51,861 bases of DNA from a virus (lineage: Duplodnaviria > Caudoviricetes). The notes beneath the pieces are model-generated. The model saw nothing but the letters and a program-made list of their open reading frames with translations, ran no database searches and was not told where the DNA came from. The position numbers and the translations under genes are program-made. The stretch lies in the IMG/VR virus record IMGVR_UViG_3300023293_000016, positions 1 through 51,861 of that record. One strand, written 5' to 3'. Positions 16,314-27,479 of the stretch are shown piece by piece. Each line of letters begins with the position of its first letter. The first letter of the stretch is position 1.

Positions 16314-19300
16314 TTAACCCCCTAAACTTCCAATCCCACTTTTCATCAACTGCGTTGTTGAGTCATTTGGGAACATTGCAGCGTACCTAGTCCTGTCAAC
16401 CGGTCCAGAAGATTGTACAGGTGCCACTTGGGGTGGCGCAGCGGCCTGTTGGACAGGACTAGGCTGAGTAACCGCACCGGGTAAGGCGGGAGGTCCCTCC
16501 GGTGCGGTATTCAATGACCCTTCTTGGTCTGAAGGGGGTAAGGGTCTTTGTGGTTCAGACGGAACAGTAAATTTTTCTGTTTCTTCGTCTGTTTCACGAA
16601 TTATTGAAGGAGGGCTTCTTCGTATCGGAGAGAAGCCTAAATCTTTAAGCATGTTTCCGACGCGCTCGGCGAGACGAACACGTTCTTTGTCATTACGCGG
16701 TTTGCGCATCATAGCTGCCAAAAGTGTTGGGTTAGCCATCAATTCGGACATAACGTCCGTCTGTAATGCCGCCGGAATGTCGTTAAATATACGACGCATT
16801 GTTTCGGCACCTTGACCCGCAGCGATAAGAGCGCCGGGGCCACTTTGACCGCCAGTAAACATGCGTTGTGCGCGAGTACCAATTGCAGAACCTGTAATGC
16901 CTAAGTAAAAATCAAACAAAGGTCCCGCACGATCCACCAGTTCCCCGATATCACCCGCTTTTTCCGAAGCTTCAAACCGAACCATTTCAGACAAATAGGT
17001 CTTTAGGTTGGAAAGTTCTGCTTCGTTCATTACTTTGTTTTCCTTCATCCAGTCCACTAACGATACGCGGCCTCTGGAGCCCTTTATAGGACGAAACATG
17101 TCATCATATAGGGTGCTTGGGCTAAAGGTCCCCGAGTGGCTGCCACCCGCCTTTGTCGCGGCCCATTCTAAAATGGAAGACTTCAAACCGGTCATGGCTT
17201 GTTCCCGCGCGTCTTCGGGGGCGTTTGTAACAACGCTTAAAAGTCGGTCCAACCCTTGGATCGGGGCTCTTGTGTTAATAGCTCGTGCAATGGCCGTTGT
17301 CGGGCTTTCTGTTCCATACACCCTACGGCCTGTATCACTCATCACAGGGTTCATGAGGTCATAAAAGCTTAATTGAGCCAACTCTTCCGCTTGGTTCTTT
17401 CGATTAATCTCAGAAGACTCTCTTAGAAGAACGTTTGCACTTTCGGCATTTTGTAAATCAAACTGTAACCCGGGAAATTGGTCAAGCACGTCTTTGTTTT
17501 TAGCAACCCACTTAGCCAAAGCATCGGGGTTTACCTCACCAGTATTGGGATCAAAAGCCTCTGACCGCGCATTCCGAAGGATTTGCTCCGTAACGCCGCG
17601 CAACGTTCCTATGGTTGTTTCCGCATCAGCCAAGCCTTCTTCTACCGCAAACATCCCGATTTCGTTAATTTGTTCAAGACGCAGATAGGTTGGATCATTT
17701 CCGCCCTGAAGGATGCGACGAGCCAGTAACTCTGGTCCCATGCTCGCGGCTCCCGAGCCTTTTGTTTTTGTGGCTTCGCCCGCAAAAGCCCGAGTGAACG
17801 TGTCATTAAGAGAGCGCGAATACGAACGAGCCATGTCATACGAGAACCGGTAATCATTTGCCTCCGGTCCCAACGATGCGCCACCTAGATCGTCTAACAT
17901 GGCACTGGCCATTTCATTAGCAATCCTAGCGGAGTTATAATCAGGGTTTTCCCCGGAGGAAAAACGACGTGAATAGTTTAAGGCAATGCCGCGCAGTTCC
18001 GTTAGTTCTTTTGTTGTTAACGGATCGGTTATTACCCCGGTTCCGTCGGCCGCGGGTTGGTTACCCTGCATGACCATTAAATCAGCGGTCTTGTCTAGCG
18101 CATCCGCCAACTGACGTGTTCTAGGGGTAGACATGCGGCCGCGAGAAGAGCTTGCTTCTTGACGCAACCTTGTCAAAATATCTTGTTGTGTTGCGCCTTC
18201 GTTAGTCATCGCATCGACGATGCTACTTACACGGTTTTCATAGCTTGTACCCGCCAGCTTTGTAACGGCGTCGGTTGCCCGTCTTTGAGCCGTGACCAAC
18301 TCTCCGGAAGCCGGTGCAGGCGCACCTAATCCCAACTCGTTTGTTTTACGATCAACAAATTGTTGAAGTAAAGGCATGTCGTCGGCAAGCTTACCTTGAA
18401 GCTCGGGAGAAACGCCCCTTACACTGTTCCATTTTGTTATGAAACTGGGAGTGTTAGTCGCTTCCCCCGCAGCGTTTGAAAAAGAAGTTATGTCGATTTC
18501 AGGGACAGAACCCCACAGTATTTTTTCTTTGCTTCGGGCTTGGCCTAACTGGTTTGTAATAACGTCAAAAAGTCTTTCAGAAAGCTGGATGTTGCTAGTT
18601 CCGTCTCTCGAAACAGTTTCGAAAGCTTTCAGTACGTTATCTGTGGCAAATGCCATGCGTTCATTTAGCTGTGCGCTAAACACGCCTTCGGCCAAATCCG
18701 CAGCCGTTTGAAGGGCGTCTTGGTCCCCTGTTTGGGACATTGCTAGAATTACGTTTCGCAAAGCTTTGATAGAGGCCTTAGAACCGGCGGTTCTTTCCGC
18801 GGACAGACCGCTGCCAAGCTGCTCTAAAGAGGCTTCAATAGCCAGCAAAGCAGGTGATCCGCCTTTTGCCCCCGCAGTTAGCATAATAGGTTTGCCGTCT
18901 TCGCCAACCAACAATTCGCCTAAATCGTCTCCGGCCAAACGTTGGATTACGGCTTCTACGTCTTCGCCTTCTGCTTCCAAGATATCCACGATCCGCTCAA
19001 CCGCTTTTCTTTGACGAGCGGATTTAAGCGGGGACAAAACCGCGCTTGCGCCGCCTTGTTCGTAGGTCTGTTTTACGCGACGCAATGCCGGTAGAATTTG
19101 ATCGTAATTGTTTAGAACAGGCGCTAGAGGACTGGAGGCAACAGTCGTTCCGACACCCCCCACTGTTTCGAAGAAGATGCGGGCTAACGGATCACCTTGG
19201 AAATACGTTTCTGCTACACTTGCTCCGCCCACTTGACCAACACCCGAAATGGCTTCTGCGGCAAGAAAAGGAGCAGGTGCTGCGCGGGCCGCGGACCCTG

Positions 19301-20042
19301 TTCGAGCCAGCATGTTTTGAGCGCCTTGAAGCAAACGAGTGGACCGAGACGGCGTTACGCCGTTTTCGGCTAAGTTCTTTACAAACTCGGCCGTTCCAAC
19401 CCCAACGTTTTTACTAATCATGAAGGGAAAGGGCAGCCAGCCTAAAACGCCTGCGGCGGTTTTCCCGGATTCATAGGCGGCTGTTTGTCCCGGAAGCATC
19501 GGACTTTCTGGTCCCATTAACTGGTCGGTAAGTAATTCGCCGCCTTTATAGGCGGCCAAAGACCCCGCTATACCCCCCACTAAAGCAGCGGCCCCTTTTG
19601 CTACAGGGTGCGCAACGGGCACTTTTGCGCCAACTTTTGCGCCCGCCATAAAACCGCCCAGAGACGTTGTTGCGGGACCGACTTCACGTTTAAAACCGTC
19701 TAGGAACGTACCGGCTTCAATGGGGTTACCTTCGGTATCTTGCGCCAGTAAGTTTATTATTTGGTCGTTTGTAAGGCCTCTTTCTGAGGGCGGCTTGTCT
19801 TTTAAAGGTCCAAAAGTATCAAACAACGTGGAGTTACCGCTTAACAAACCTTGATAAGCGCCACTTCCTAAAACTTCTTCCGCCAGCATTTCTGCCATAA
19901 TTTGAGACGGGTTTTGACCTTCCGAGGAGAAGTTTTGCACATAGGCATCAAACTGAGGCTTGTCAAAAACCACCGGGCTATAATTAGGTCCTACGGAATC
20001 CGCTGTTACGACTTCCGGCGCGACTACATCATCTGGTCCCAT
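16314..20042 (-). CDS. Large internal virion/ejection protein
   Basis: 1242 aa, helical and Ala/Gly-rich with hydrophobic segments; podovirus ejection-module position. Confidence 0.7.
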   Translation of the reverse strand: MGPDDVVAPEVVTADSVGPNYSPVVFDKPQFDAYVQNFSSEGQNPSQIMAEMLAEEVLGSGAYQGLLSGNSTLFDTFGPLKDKPPSERGLTNDQIINLLAQDTEGNPIEAGTFLDGFKREVGPATTSLGGFMAGAKVGAKVPVAHPVAKGAAALVGGIAGSLAAYKGGELLTDQLMGPESPMLPGQTAAYESGKTAAGVLGWLPFPFMISKNVGVGTAEFVKNLAENGVTPSRSTRLLQGAQNMLARTGSAARAAPAPFLAAEAISGVGQVGGASVAETYFQGDPLARIFFETVGGVGTTVASSPLAPVLNNYDQILPALRRVKQTYEQGGASAVLSPLKSARQRKAVERIVDILEAEGEDVEAVIQRLAGDDLGELLVGEDGKPIMLTAGAKGGSPALLAIEASLEQLGSGLSAERTAGSKASIKALRNVILAMSQTGDQDALQTAADLAEGVFSAQLNERMAFATDNVLKAFETVSRDGTSNIQLSERLFDVITNQLGQARSKEKILWGSVPEIDITSFSNAAGEATNTPSFITKWNSVRGVSPELQGKLADDMPLLQQFVDRKTNELGLGAPAPASGELVTAQRRATDAVTKLAGTSYENRVSSIVDAMTNEGATQQDILTRLRQEASSSRGRMSTPRTRQLADALDKTADLMVMQGNQPAADGTGVITDPLTTKELTELRGIALNYSRRFSSGENPDYNSARIANEMASAMLDDLGGASLGPEANDYRFSYDMARSYSRSLNDTFTRAFAGEATKTKGSGAASMGPELLARRILQGGNDPTYLRLEQINEIGMFAVEEGLADAETTIGTLRGVTEQILRNARSEAFDPNTGEVNPDALAKWVAKNKDVLDQFPGLQFDLQNAESANVLLRESSEINRKNQAEELAQLSFYDLMNPVMSDTGRRVYGTESPTTAIARAINTRAPIQGLDRLLSVVTNAPEDAREQAMTGLKSSILEWAATKAGGSHSGTFSPSTLYDDMFRPIKGSRGRVSLVDWMKENKVMNEAELSNLKTYLSEMVRFEASEKAGDIGELVDRAGPLFDFYLGITGSAIGTRAQRMFTGGQSGPGALIAAGQGAETMRRIFNDIPAALQTDVMSELMANPTLLAAMMRKPRNDKERVRLAERVGNMLKDLGFSPIRRSPPSIIRETDEETEKFTVPSEPQRPLPPSDQEGSLNTAPEGPPALPGAVTQPSPVQQAAAPPQVAPVQSSGPVDRTRYAAMFPNDSTTQLMKSGIGSLGG

Positions 20043-22978
20043 CAGGGTTTTCCGTTCTGTTGGTTCATAATGTGCTGCCTAAATCCGGCGGCCGTATCGT
20101 TATCAACTTTTCCCGTAACGCTGCTTGGAACAGTGGCCAACATTCCTAACAATCTATCAATCTCAAAGTTGTTAGAAAGAACCGCTTGGCGGGTCTTGTC
20201 GTCTTGAATGCCGTCGTTAAGAGCCGTTAAATTTGCGCGTCTTTGTTGTTGTGCTAACGCCTTCATTTCTACCAGCTTACCTGCTTCAGACTCCGGGTTG
20301 GTAAAAAACTTGTCTGGATCAGGAAATAAAGCCCCGACCTTTTCCATTTCAGCAACAGGAAACCGTGGGTTAACTACCAAGGCTGATCGCCCTAGAATGG
20401 TAAGGCCCCGCAAGAATTGACGGTTTGCTTGGGTTCCCGAAAAAGCTTGACGAGCTTGTGGGATAAAGCCCCCAAACACGTTATCGGCAAACACTGCAAA
20501 CCCTGCGTAGGGGCCCGTACCGTTACGAGCCGCAGACATTGCATCACGCATCAGGGCCGCATCTTTGCCGGATAAATTCTGCGGGTTTTCGCGGGTTCCG
20601 CCGCGGGAGACAATTCCTAGTTGTTCGTCCATAGCCTCTAAATCGGAGCCGGCCCTTAAAGCAACTCTTTGTTTTGCCGCAATATCGTAAGCAATTGTAT
20701 CGCTTAGTGGATTCACGCCGGTAGTAGGCATACTTTGCGCTGTACCGTCCGAGGCTACATAGGTTCTTCCGCCGTCATAGCTTAGAACGTTGCCCAATCC
20801 TTGAATAGCGAAGGCTTTGGCCGTCGGAGCGGTGTCAGAACTCATGTTAGAAACATTGAATTTCTGCGTACCGCCGGAGTTGGCTTCGTTGGCTTTTGCA
20901 ATAGCGGCCGCTCCACCCACGGTGGTTGCGTCAACCACCTGAGTAGTTTGGTTGCCCATATTGCGAATAACTTTGAAGTCGGGTTTGGTAGGTCCGCCTT
21001 CCGCTTGAAAGACGGACGTTGCCGTATTGTCCGCAGGATTAAATAGGACCAGATCGTTGTCCACAACCTTGAGGCTTGGTGCCAGACGATCCGCTGCCGC
21101 TTCCGCCTCGGTAAACGCCTGCTTACGAAGAGCCAAGCTTTCGTTTGCAAGCTGAGTAATCGTGCCCAAATCCAGATTACCTTGAGAGATGTCCAGACCA
21201 CGCTCTTTAAGACCGTTTGCAACGTCATTTTGAAGCTGTGTAAGCAACCGATCCTTCTCAGACTCGCTACCAGTAAAGTCCTGCATGTCGTTTTGCAGCA
21301 AACTTTTAAAGTCTTGAGCATTGATCTGCAAGCCTTCACGAGCCGCACGATCCAACGCATTTTCCGTAGCCGTTGCCAACTGTTGATTTTGCGCCGCCGC
21401 CGAAGCAATGGTGCCCTTGTGGGCTGCCAACGCAAGGTTAAAGTCGTGCCCTTTGTCCATCTGAGCCAATTCGTAACCGTTTTTAACACCGGCCACTTGT
21501 AGGGTATTGTCCAGATCAACTGCTTTTTCGGTTACGCGCAAGCTACTATTTAACTCTGCCAACTGTCGACCCAGTTCTGCACGTTGAGCAATAGTTTTCT
21601 CATCATTTGCAAACCCGAGGGCCTGACGTGATGCACTAGCCGCGTCAATTGCCTCCTGCAACTCACCTTTAAATTCTTGTGAAGACAAGCGTTCGGAAGT
21701 TGTAAAGTCAAACTTTGCGCCTTGAAGAACTAAATCGTGAGCTTCCGACAAACGCGCTTCTTTTACGGTTAATTCATCCCGAAGTCTAATTTGGTCCTCG
21801 GTCAGCGTACCCTTTAGGTTTTCCAATGTCCGCCGACTTTCCGACAAATCCCTTGCCAAACGTAGAGCATACCCTTGCTCTGTTTCGCCCGTTTCGCGCT
21901 GGAAGGAAAACTTATTGCCCTGCAACAGTAGCTCTTGAGCGCGTTCCGCCGCTTTTTCTACTGATTTACTTTCCGCTAAAGCGGCCGCCGCGGAGGCATC
22001 TATCTTAGCTTGATTTTCTACTCCCAGTTTAGTCTGAGAGGACTGCAACGCTGCCATGTCTAACTGGCGTTTTTCCGCAGCTTGGCCTTGCTTAAACTTT
22101 AATAGTTCACCCGAACGGGCTCCGATATTACCTAATACGGGTTGCGCCACTTGTGCCAAACGCTCCGCAGGGCTCATCTGACGATCCCCGGGGGTGGCAA
22201 AGGCCAATGCACCCTGCGCAATGTCAAACAACATCTGCGATTGGGTCATTTTCTTTTGTTCGTCGTAAGCCGCTTGTTGCTCGTTTCCGCCAATAAGCTG
22301 GCCATAAAGAGCCCGGTCTTGGTTAAAAAGCTCCAAGGCCCGTGGGTCAGGGGCACCGGCGACACGATTAGTGTTCTCTGGTGCAAAATACTGAACCGCG
22401 CCGCCTTGTCTAAAATTTACAGGTACAGGAGCCTCCTCGGCACCCATATTAACCGTGGACATAATACCACCGGCCATGTCCCCCTCTATAGGGGTATTCA
22501 TTGCGTCGGGAGCTAACCCGCCGATTCCTTGATCTACCGCCGCCATTTGCATGACAGGTTGGATCAGCGTTAAAACCGAGTCTGGCGTTTGTTGGGCATC
22601 TTCTTCGCCAACCATTTCGGCCAGTTCCATACGACGGTCTTGTAGGGGAGCTTGATCCCCTCGAATGGCGTTAATCACACCTTCGTAATCTTCGTTTTCC
22701 GCCGCGGCGTCGATGCCTTCAAACTGTCCCGCAGCTTGCCCTAGCATTTGTTCCAAAACCGCTGGATCGATGCCCGCTTGAGCGCCCATTCCTTCGGCTT
22801 CGCCCATGCTGCCTGCTTCAGGCTGGGGCATTCCGGCCATTGCCATTTGTGGAATTGCAGCGGGGTCTACCGCTTGCTGTGGTGCTGGGGGCATCATTGG
22901 AGAACCGCCCGCCTGCATATACCGAACCTGTCCGCCGTTTGCAAACATTTGTCGGCCCATTACACCTCTATCCATCAT
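20042..22978 (-). CDS. Internal virion protein, coiled coil
   Basis: 978 aa; FANGG, MQAGG and FRQGG motifs; long coiled-coil middle. Confidence 0.7.
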   Translation of the reverse strand: MMDRGVMGRQMFANGGQVRYMQAGGSPMMPPAPQQAVDPAAIPQMAMAGMPQPEAGSMGEAEGMGAQAGIDPAVLEQMLGQAAGQFEGIDAAAENEDYEGVINAIRGDQAPLQDRRMELAEMVGEEDAQQTPDSVLTLIQPVMQMAAVDQGIGGLAPDAMNTPIEGDMAGGIMSTVNMGAEEAPVPVNFRQGGAVQYFAPENTNRVAGAPDPRALELFNQDRALYGQLIGGNEQQAAYDEQKKMTQSQMLFDIAQGALAFATPGDRQMSPAERLAQVAQPVLGNIGARSGELLKFKQGQAAEKRQLDMAALQSSQTKLGVENQAKIDASAAAALAESKSVEKAAERAQELLLQGNKFSFQRETGETEQGYALRLARDLSESRRTLENLKGTLTEDQIRLRDELTVKEARLSEAHDLVLQGAKFDFTTSERLSSQEFKGELQEAIDAASASRQALGFANDEKTIAQRAELGRQLAELNSSLRVTEKAVDLDNTLQVAGVKNGYELAQMDKGHDFNLALAAHKGTIASAAAQNQQLATATENALDRAAREGLQINAQDFKSLLQNDMQDFTGSESEKDRLLTQLQNDVANGLKERGLDISQGNLDLGTITQLANESLALRKQAFTEAEAAADRLAPSLKVVDNDLVLFNPADNTATSVFQAEGGPTKPDFKVIRNMGNQTTQVVDATTVGGAAAIAKANEANSGGTQKFNVSNMSSDTAPTAKAFAIQGLGNVLSYDGGRTYVASDGTAQSMPTTGVNPLSDTIAYDIAAKQRVALRAGSDLEAMDEQLGIVSRGGTRENPQNLSGKDAALMRDAMSAARNGTGPYAGFAVFADNVFGGFIPQARQAFSGTQANRQFLRGLTILGRSALVVNPRFPVAEMEKVGALFPDPDKFFTNPESEAGKLVEMKALAQQQRRANLTALNDGIQDDKTRQAVLSNNFEIDRLLGMLATVPSSVTGKVDNDTAAGFRQHIMNQQNGKP

Positions 22979-25647
22979 TAAAATAACCCCGCATTTCTAG
23001 CGCCTGCCGCTGCCGACAGACCCGCTACGCCGAGCCCCAAAATACTTTGGGCTGGCGATACTGAAGGTGCCGTAGTTGCCGAAATACTTTGTTGAGACGA
23101 CGGAGCGCCCTTATAAATATCTGACAAGAAGGACACCCGTTGATATGGCTCGTAAGCTTGTTGTAGGTCTGTTTGACGCTGGGCTTCCAAACCGGCTTGA
23201 TCTTGGGCTTGGAATTGTTTGCCCACGTCGAACAGGAACCCTTGTTCTTTTTGACCCATGCTTTGACCCAATTCACCGAGAGACGCTTGACGTAATCCAA
23301 GATTACCAAGTGCATCGCCCTGTGCCAAGCCCAATTGTCCGTATTGTGTGCCAAGTCCGCCAATGCCCTCGCCCATCCGGCCTTGCAATTCGGAGCCTTG
23401 TAGACCCAAACCGCCTGCCGCTTGTGCGCCCTGCATTCCCATGTTGGCTTGCGCCTGACCAAGCTGGCCTTGTTGACCCGCCATCTGACCGGCAAACTGC
23501 TCGCCCGCAAGAGCGGTTTGACCCGCTTGAGCGGCAATTCCAGCCTGCGCTTGAGCCCCTTGCAGCCCTAATTGGCCTTGTTGGCCAGACATCTGACCAG
23601 CTAATTGAGCCGCATTCATACCTGTTTGGGCGGAAAGTTGCTCTAAACTCATGCCCGTTTGAGCCAAAGCTTGCGCGTTGGCAGAAGCCATTTGCTCCGC
23701 GGACATTCCAATGTTGGCCGCGGCCTGCGTACCCTGTATGCCGAGTTGACCGGCTTGACCGGCACTTTGCTGCGCCAATTGCTCCGCGGACAAACCGAGT
23801 TGACCGGCTTGCTGGGAAGTCTGCGCCATAAGTTGTTGTGCCGACATTCCAGTGCTGGCCTGTTGCTGAATGAGTTGACCCGCAAGCTGTTCTGCGGAAA
23901 TACCCAATTGAGCGGCTTGTCCGGCTAATTGACCTTGTAACTGTGCCGCGGACATGCCCAATTGACCCGCCAATTGCTCGGCTGATTGACCCAATTGACC
24001 CGCCGTGCCTAAATTCTGAGAGGCAAGCTGCTCGGCCGCCATGCCTTGCTGGCCTGCCGCTGTCTGCGCGGACAAACCAAGCTGACCTAATTGCCCCGCT
24101 TGTGTGGCCGCTAACTTTTCGCCTTCAAGCCCTAATTGACCCGCCGCAGTAGCTGCTTGCGTTCCAGCTTGAGCGCCTTGAGCGCCGAGGGACCCGGTAA
24201 GTTGCGCCGCTTGTTGGCCGCGTCCTTGCTGGGCCTCGTATGCGGTTTGCGCCCGTTGTGCAGCACTTTCAAAGCCCGCTTGACGCATCCCTGCGGCAGT
24301 CCGGCCTTGTTGTTCTAACACGTTTCTTGCCATTTCGGCTTCTTGAATACCCTGTCTTGACCCGCCAAACGCTCCCGCGCCTACGGCCTGTGCCCGCTGC
24401 CCTTGAGCCGCGATGTCACCTTGACGTTGGATGTCCGACAGAGCCTGTTGAACCGCCGCATCCTCGTACTGGTTCATAAATGCGCCAGTGGAATTGGGGT
24501 CAAACGCTCCTGTTGTTCCAGCCAAACCTGCAATGCCTTGCTGTGCGGTAGAGGTTCCTAAAGCGCCTGCCTGCTGTAAAGCGGCGGCCGCGTCACTGGT
24601 AATACCTCGGGCACCTTGAACGGCTTGTTGACTTCCAGCCAATGCGTTTTCATACGCGCCAATACCGCCGACACCCGCTTGTTGGGCCGCGGTCCGCGCT
24701 GCGTCAGAAGAGGCTCCTAGCCCCAAAGCCGTACCCGCTGCACCCAAACGAGCGCCTAGCCCAGCATCTGCCGCGGCCTGAGAACCCATTCCTGCGGCAG
24801 CGCCCAAAGCTTGGGCTCCGCCTGATGCAACGTTACGTGCGCCCTGAATGGCCCCGGCTGTTCCGGTTCCGGCTGCGCCTGCTACGTCTTGCGCACCAAG
24901 AGCCGCGCCTTGCAGGCCTTCTTGCCCCGCTTGCGCTTGAAGGCGGGCTTGATCCGTGGCTTGATTTAAGTTCTGACCGGCTAACGTAGCGGCATCTAAT
25001 GCTCCTGCACCTAATGCCCCGTAAGCTCTAGCTTGGTCAACAGACTGACCTAGTTGTCCAGCTAACGTGTTTTGAACGTTTGCTCCACCGGCTCTTGTGG
25101 CATCGGCAACTTGCCCAGCCATGCCTGCGGCACCCGTCATCCCTTGTTGGGCAGCACTAATTTGACCGGGTATAGCGTCATAAGCAGCCAATTGGTCTGT
25201 TGTGGACTGTCCCGCGGCTAATCTCGCGTTATCGGCAGCGGTTCCAAGGCCGAGGGCCGCGGTATCTGTAGCAGATTGACCGGCCCCAATTGCGTTTGCA
25301 ATACCTTGTTGAGCCGCGGAAACTTGTCCCGGTACGGCGTCTGCGCCTGCCCGCATGTAGTCTGCGGCTTCTGTTTGGTAGGGTTGTGCGCCAGCCATGA
25401 CACCGCCAATGGCGGTTTGGGCGTCGCCAAGCGTGTAACCGGCCTCCTCTAAGTAAGGCTGATATCCGCCAATCCCTGCTCCTGCGAGTTCCCCAGCTTT
25501 GATTTGAAGCTGGTTCATCTCCGCAACCATGTTCGGAGGTATTGAGACGCCTTGGTCTGCTAGAGCTTTAGCGGATTTAAGTAAGCCTATTTTGTAGGCT
25601 TCAATATCCGGAGCTTCGCGGACTATCTGTTCTGTTGTTTCGACCAT
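22978..25647 (-). CDS. Gln/Ala/Gly-rich repeat ejection (DNA pilot-like) protein
   Basis: 889 aa; ~11-residue AGQLGxSAEQL repeats; FMNQYEDAAVQQAL and GAFGGSRQ motifs. Confidence 0.7.
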   Translation of the reverse strand: MVETTEQIVREAPDIEAYKIGLLKSAKALADQGVSIPPNMVAEMNQLQIKAGELAGAGIGGYQPYLEEAGYTLGDAQTAIGGVMAGAQPYQTEAADYMRAGADAVPGQVSAAQQGIANAIGAGQSATDTAALGLGTAADNARLAAGQSTTDQLAAYDAIPGQISAAQQGMTGAAGMAGQVADATRAGGANVQNTLAGQLGQSVDQARAYGALGAGALDAATLAGQNLNQATDQARLQAQAGQEGLQGAALGAQDVAGAAGTGTAGAIQGARNVASGGAQALGAAAGMGSQAAADAGLGARLGAAGTALGLGASSDAARTAAQQAGVGGIGAYENALAGSQQAVQGARGITSDAAAALQQAGALGTSTAQQGIAGLAGTTGAFDPNSTGAFMNQYEDAAVQQALSDIQRQGDIAAQGQRAQAVGAGAFGGSRQGIQEAEMARNVLEQQGRTAAGMRQAGFESAAQRAQTAYEAQQGRGQQAAQLTGSLGAQGAQAGTQAATAAGQLGLEGEKLAATQAGQLGQLGLSAQTAAGQQGMAAEQLASQNLGTAGQLGQSAEQLAGQLGMSAAQLQGQLAGQAAQLGISAEQLAGQLIQQQASTGMSAQQLMAQTSQQAGQLGLSAEQLAQQSAGQAGQLGIQGTQAAANIGMSAEQMASANAQALAQTGMSLEQLSAQTGMNAAQLAGQMSGQQGQLGLQGAQAQAGIAAQAGQTALAGEQFAGQMAGQQGQLGQAQANMGMQGAQAAGGLGLQGSELQGRMGEGIGGLGTQYGQLGLAQGDALGNLGLRQASLGELGQSMGQKEQGFLFDVGKQFQAQDQAGLEAQRQTDLQQAYEPYQRVSFLSDIYKGAPSSQQSISATTAPSVSPAQSILGLGVAGLSAAAGARNAGLF

Positions 25648-27479
25648 TACGCTGTCGCCCTTCCACGGTTCTCAAGGTTACGCATAACCGAGTACATGTT
25701 TTTTATTCCGGAGTTCATGTTGCCGCCACCCAAGCCTTTTACGGCATCGGTAGTCATTACAAATTCACCCGGCATTAACATGGCTTTAACGCTGTCTTGA
25801 TTTGGAACACCTTCGTTAGGCATTATACCGCCATTTCGGCGGGGGAATACTTGGCCACCTTGAGCAAGTGTTTGGCCAACGAATGGGCGAGCAAATGGCC
25901 CGCCCGGAGTGCTTCCCTGCAAGAAGTACGCGTTTGGATCAAGCTGTGCCGTTTGCATTTGTGGCTGACCCGGCTGTGTGCCCGCGTTTATTGCAGGAGG
26001 CTGGTAAGTGCTTAAACTTGCTATGCCGCCCATCGCTTCTTCACGAGCGCGGCGGTCTGCTTCAGCCTTGCTTATGTAAGTCCCTGTTTCAGGGTCTAAA
26101 ACCCGGTTGCCAAGGTCTGCAATCATATACTGTGACGGATCGGCATTAACAAGGTCTGTGCCCGTGATGACGTTGCCCTCTTCATCGCGCTCAACAACTC
26201 CTGCTTCTTCCATCGGAGGCGCGGTAAATCCGCCCGCCGCGGCTACACCGGCTGTTCCGAGCAATGCTGCGGGGCCGTATGTACGCATTAGTCCTGCGCT
26301 AACCTGACCAGCCTTTTCAGCGGCCAAGGCTAAATCCGCCGCAGTGGCCGTATTTATATTTTTGCCCATTCCGGTTAAGAAATCAGTTGCTGTCGGAGCG
26401 CCCGCGTTTGGCATAAAGGCGTTTTTCAGGCCTTCCCCAATGCTAACGCCGTCGTTTGGAGTAAACACTTGTTTAATGCTTTCGGTAAAGCCCGGGGGCT
26501 TGTAACTTGCGTTCACGGCCGCTTGTTGTTTGATCTGATCCGTGGTCAACGCTACGCCGTCTGCGGCCACGTTGGTCGCGCTCGTTACAGCATCCGTTGC
26601 CACATTCCCCCCATCAACCGTCACTAATTTTGAAGGGTCTACCGCCCCGTCAACCAAATTCATAGAGTTTGAGCCCGCAAAAGACGTACCGCCCTCGGCC
26701 GTTGGGCCCGCTTTCATGTTAGCAAAAGAAGCGCCCGAGAAATCTCCGGTCAGAGCTTTTCCAATCCCCGACATACCGGCGGACACGTTACTCAAAGCCG
26801 CCGCGTTTTGAACGCCCGTCATAAAGCCGTTGCCGCTCATGGCGCTGCCAACCCCTGCGGTAAGCCCGCCCATAGCACCCGCCATCAAGCCCGATTTAAG
26901 AGCGTCCTTTATACTACCGCCGTTAATCAACGTTGCAATTCCTGAACCCAGTGCCGCGCCGTAAATAGGTCCTAAGAAAACCGTACCTATAATTGGTAAA
27001 ACAATCGGAGCAATCTTTTTAACTACTTTAACAACGGCCTTAACGACTTTTTTAATGCCTTTAACAACGCCTTTAACAATTTTTTTCACCCATTTAAAAA
27101 AGAACTCTGGAGCGCCTGTGTCGGGGTTAAGGCTGTTTTCCTCAGAACCAACAACATACCGCTCGGGGTTTTCAATGCCTTGCGCCTCAAGAAACGCAAA
27201 GAGGGTGTCCTTCATTTCAGGATTGTCTTCAAGAAATGCCGCCGGAATAATTAGCTCGCCCGTTTGAACGTGAGCAATCGTATCGTCGCCTTCGCGGCCC
27301 ATGGCCGCCATCTTTTTGGTCAAAGCTGGAAACTGAGCAATGCCCTCATCGCCAAACTCTTCCGTCCCGTCTTCATCCGGGCCGTAAACCTCGTCCGCTT
27401 CTGCGTCCGACATCACAAAGTCTGCAATACCACCTTCAGGGACTTCCATTGCATCAATCTTTTTTGCAGCTTCTGCCAT
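25647..27479 (-). CDS. Internal virion/ejection protein
   Basis: GREGDDTIAHV..GE, NPDTGAPEF, Gly-rich hydrophobic segment, DSVKAMLMPGEFV. Confidence 0.7.
   Translation of the reverse strand: MAEAAKKIDAMEVPEGGIADFVMSDAEADEVYGPDEDGTEEFGDEGIAQFPALTKKMAAMGREGDDTIAHVQTGELIIPAAFLEDNPEMKDTLFAFLEAQGIENPERYVVGSEENSLNPDTGAPEFFFKWVKKIVKGVVKGIKKVVKAVVKVVKKIAPIVLPIIGTVFLGPIYGAALGSGIATLINGGSIKDALKSGLMAGAMGGLTAGVGSAMSGNGFMTGVQNAAALSNVSAGMSGIGKALTGDFSGASFANMKAGPTAEGGTSFAGSNSMNLVDGAVDPSKLVTVDGGNVATDAVTSATNVAADGVALTTDQIKQQAAVNASYKPPGFTESIKQVFTPNDGVSIGEGLKNAFMPNAGAPTATDFLTGMGKNINTATAADLALAAEKAGQVSAGLMRTYGPAALLGTAGVAAAGGFTAPPMEEAGVVERDEEGNVITGTDLVNADPSQYMIADLGNRVLDPETGTYISKAEADRRAREEAMGGIASLSTYQPPAINAGTQPGQPQMQTAQLDPNAYFLQGSTPGGPFARPFVGQTLAQGGQVFPRRNGGIMPNEGVPNQDSVKAMLMPGEFVMTTDAVKGLGGGNMNSGIKNMYSVMRNLENRGRATA

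Noticed and set aside
23025-25430. Many alternative-frame and antisense ORFs within the Gln/Ala/Gly repeat gene
   Set aside because: Expected from low-complexity, stop-poor codon usage.
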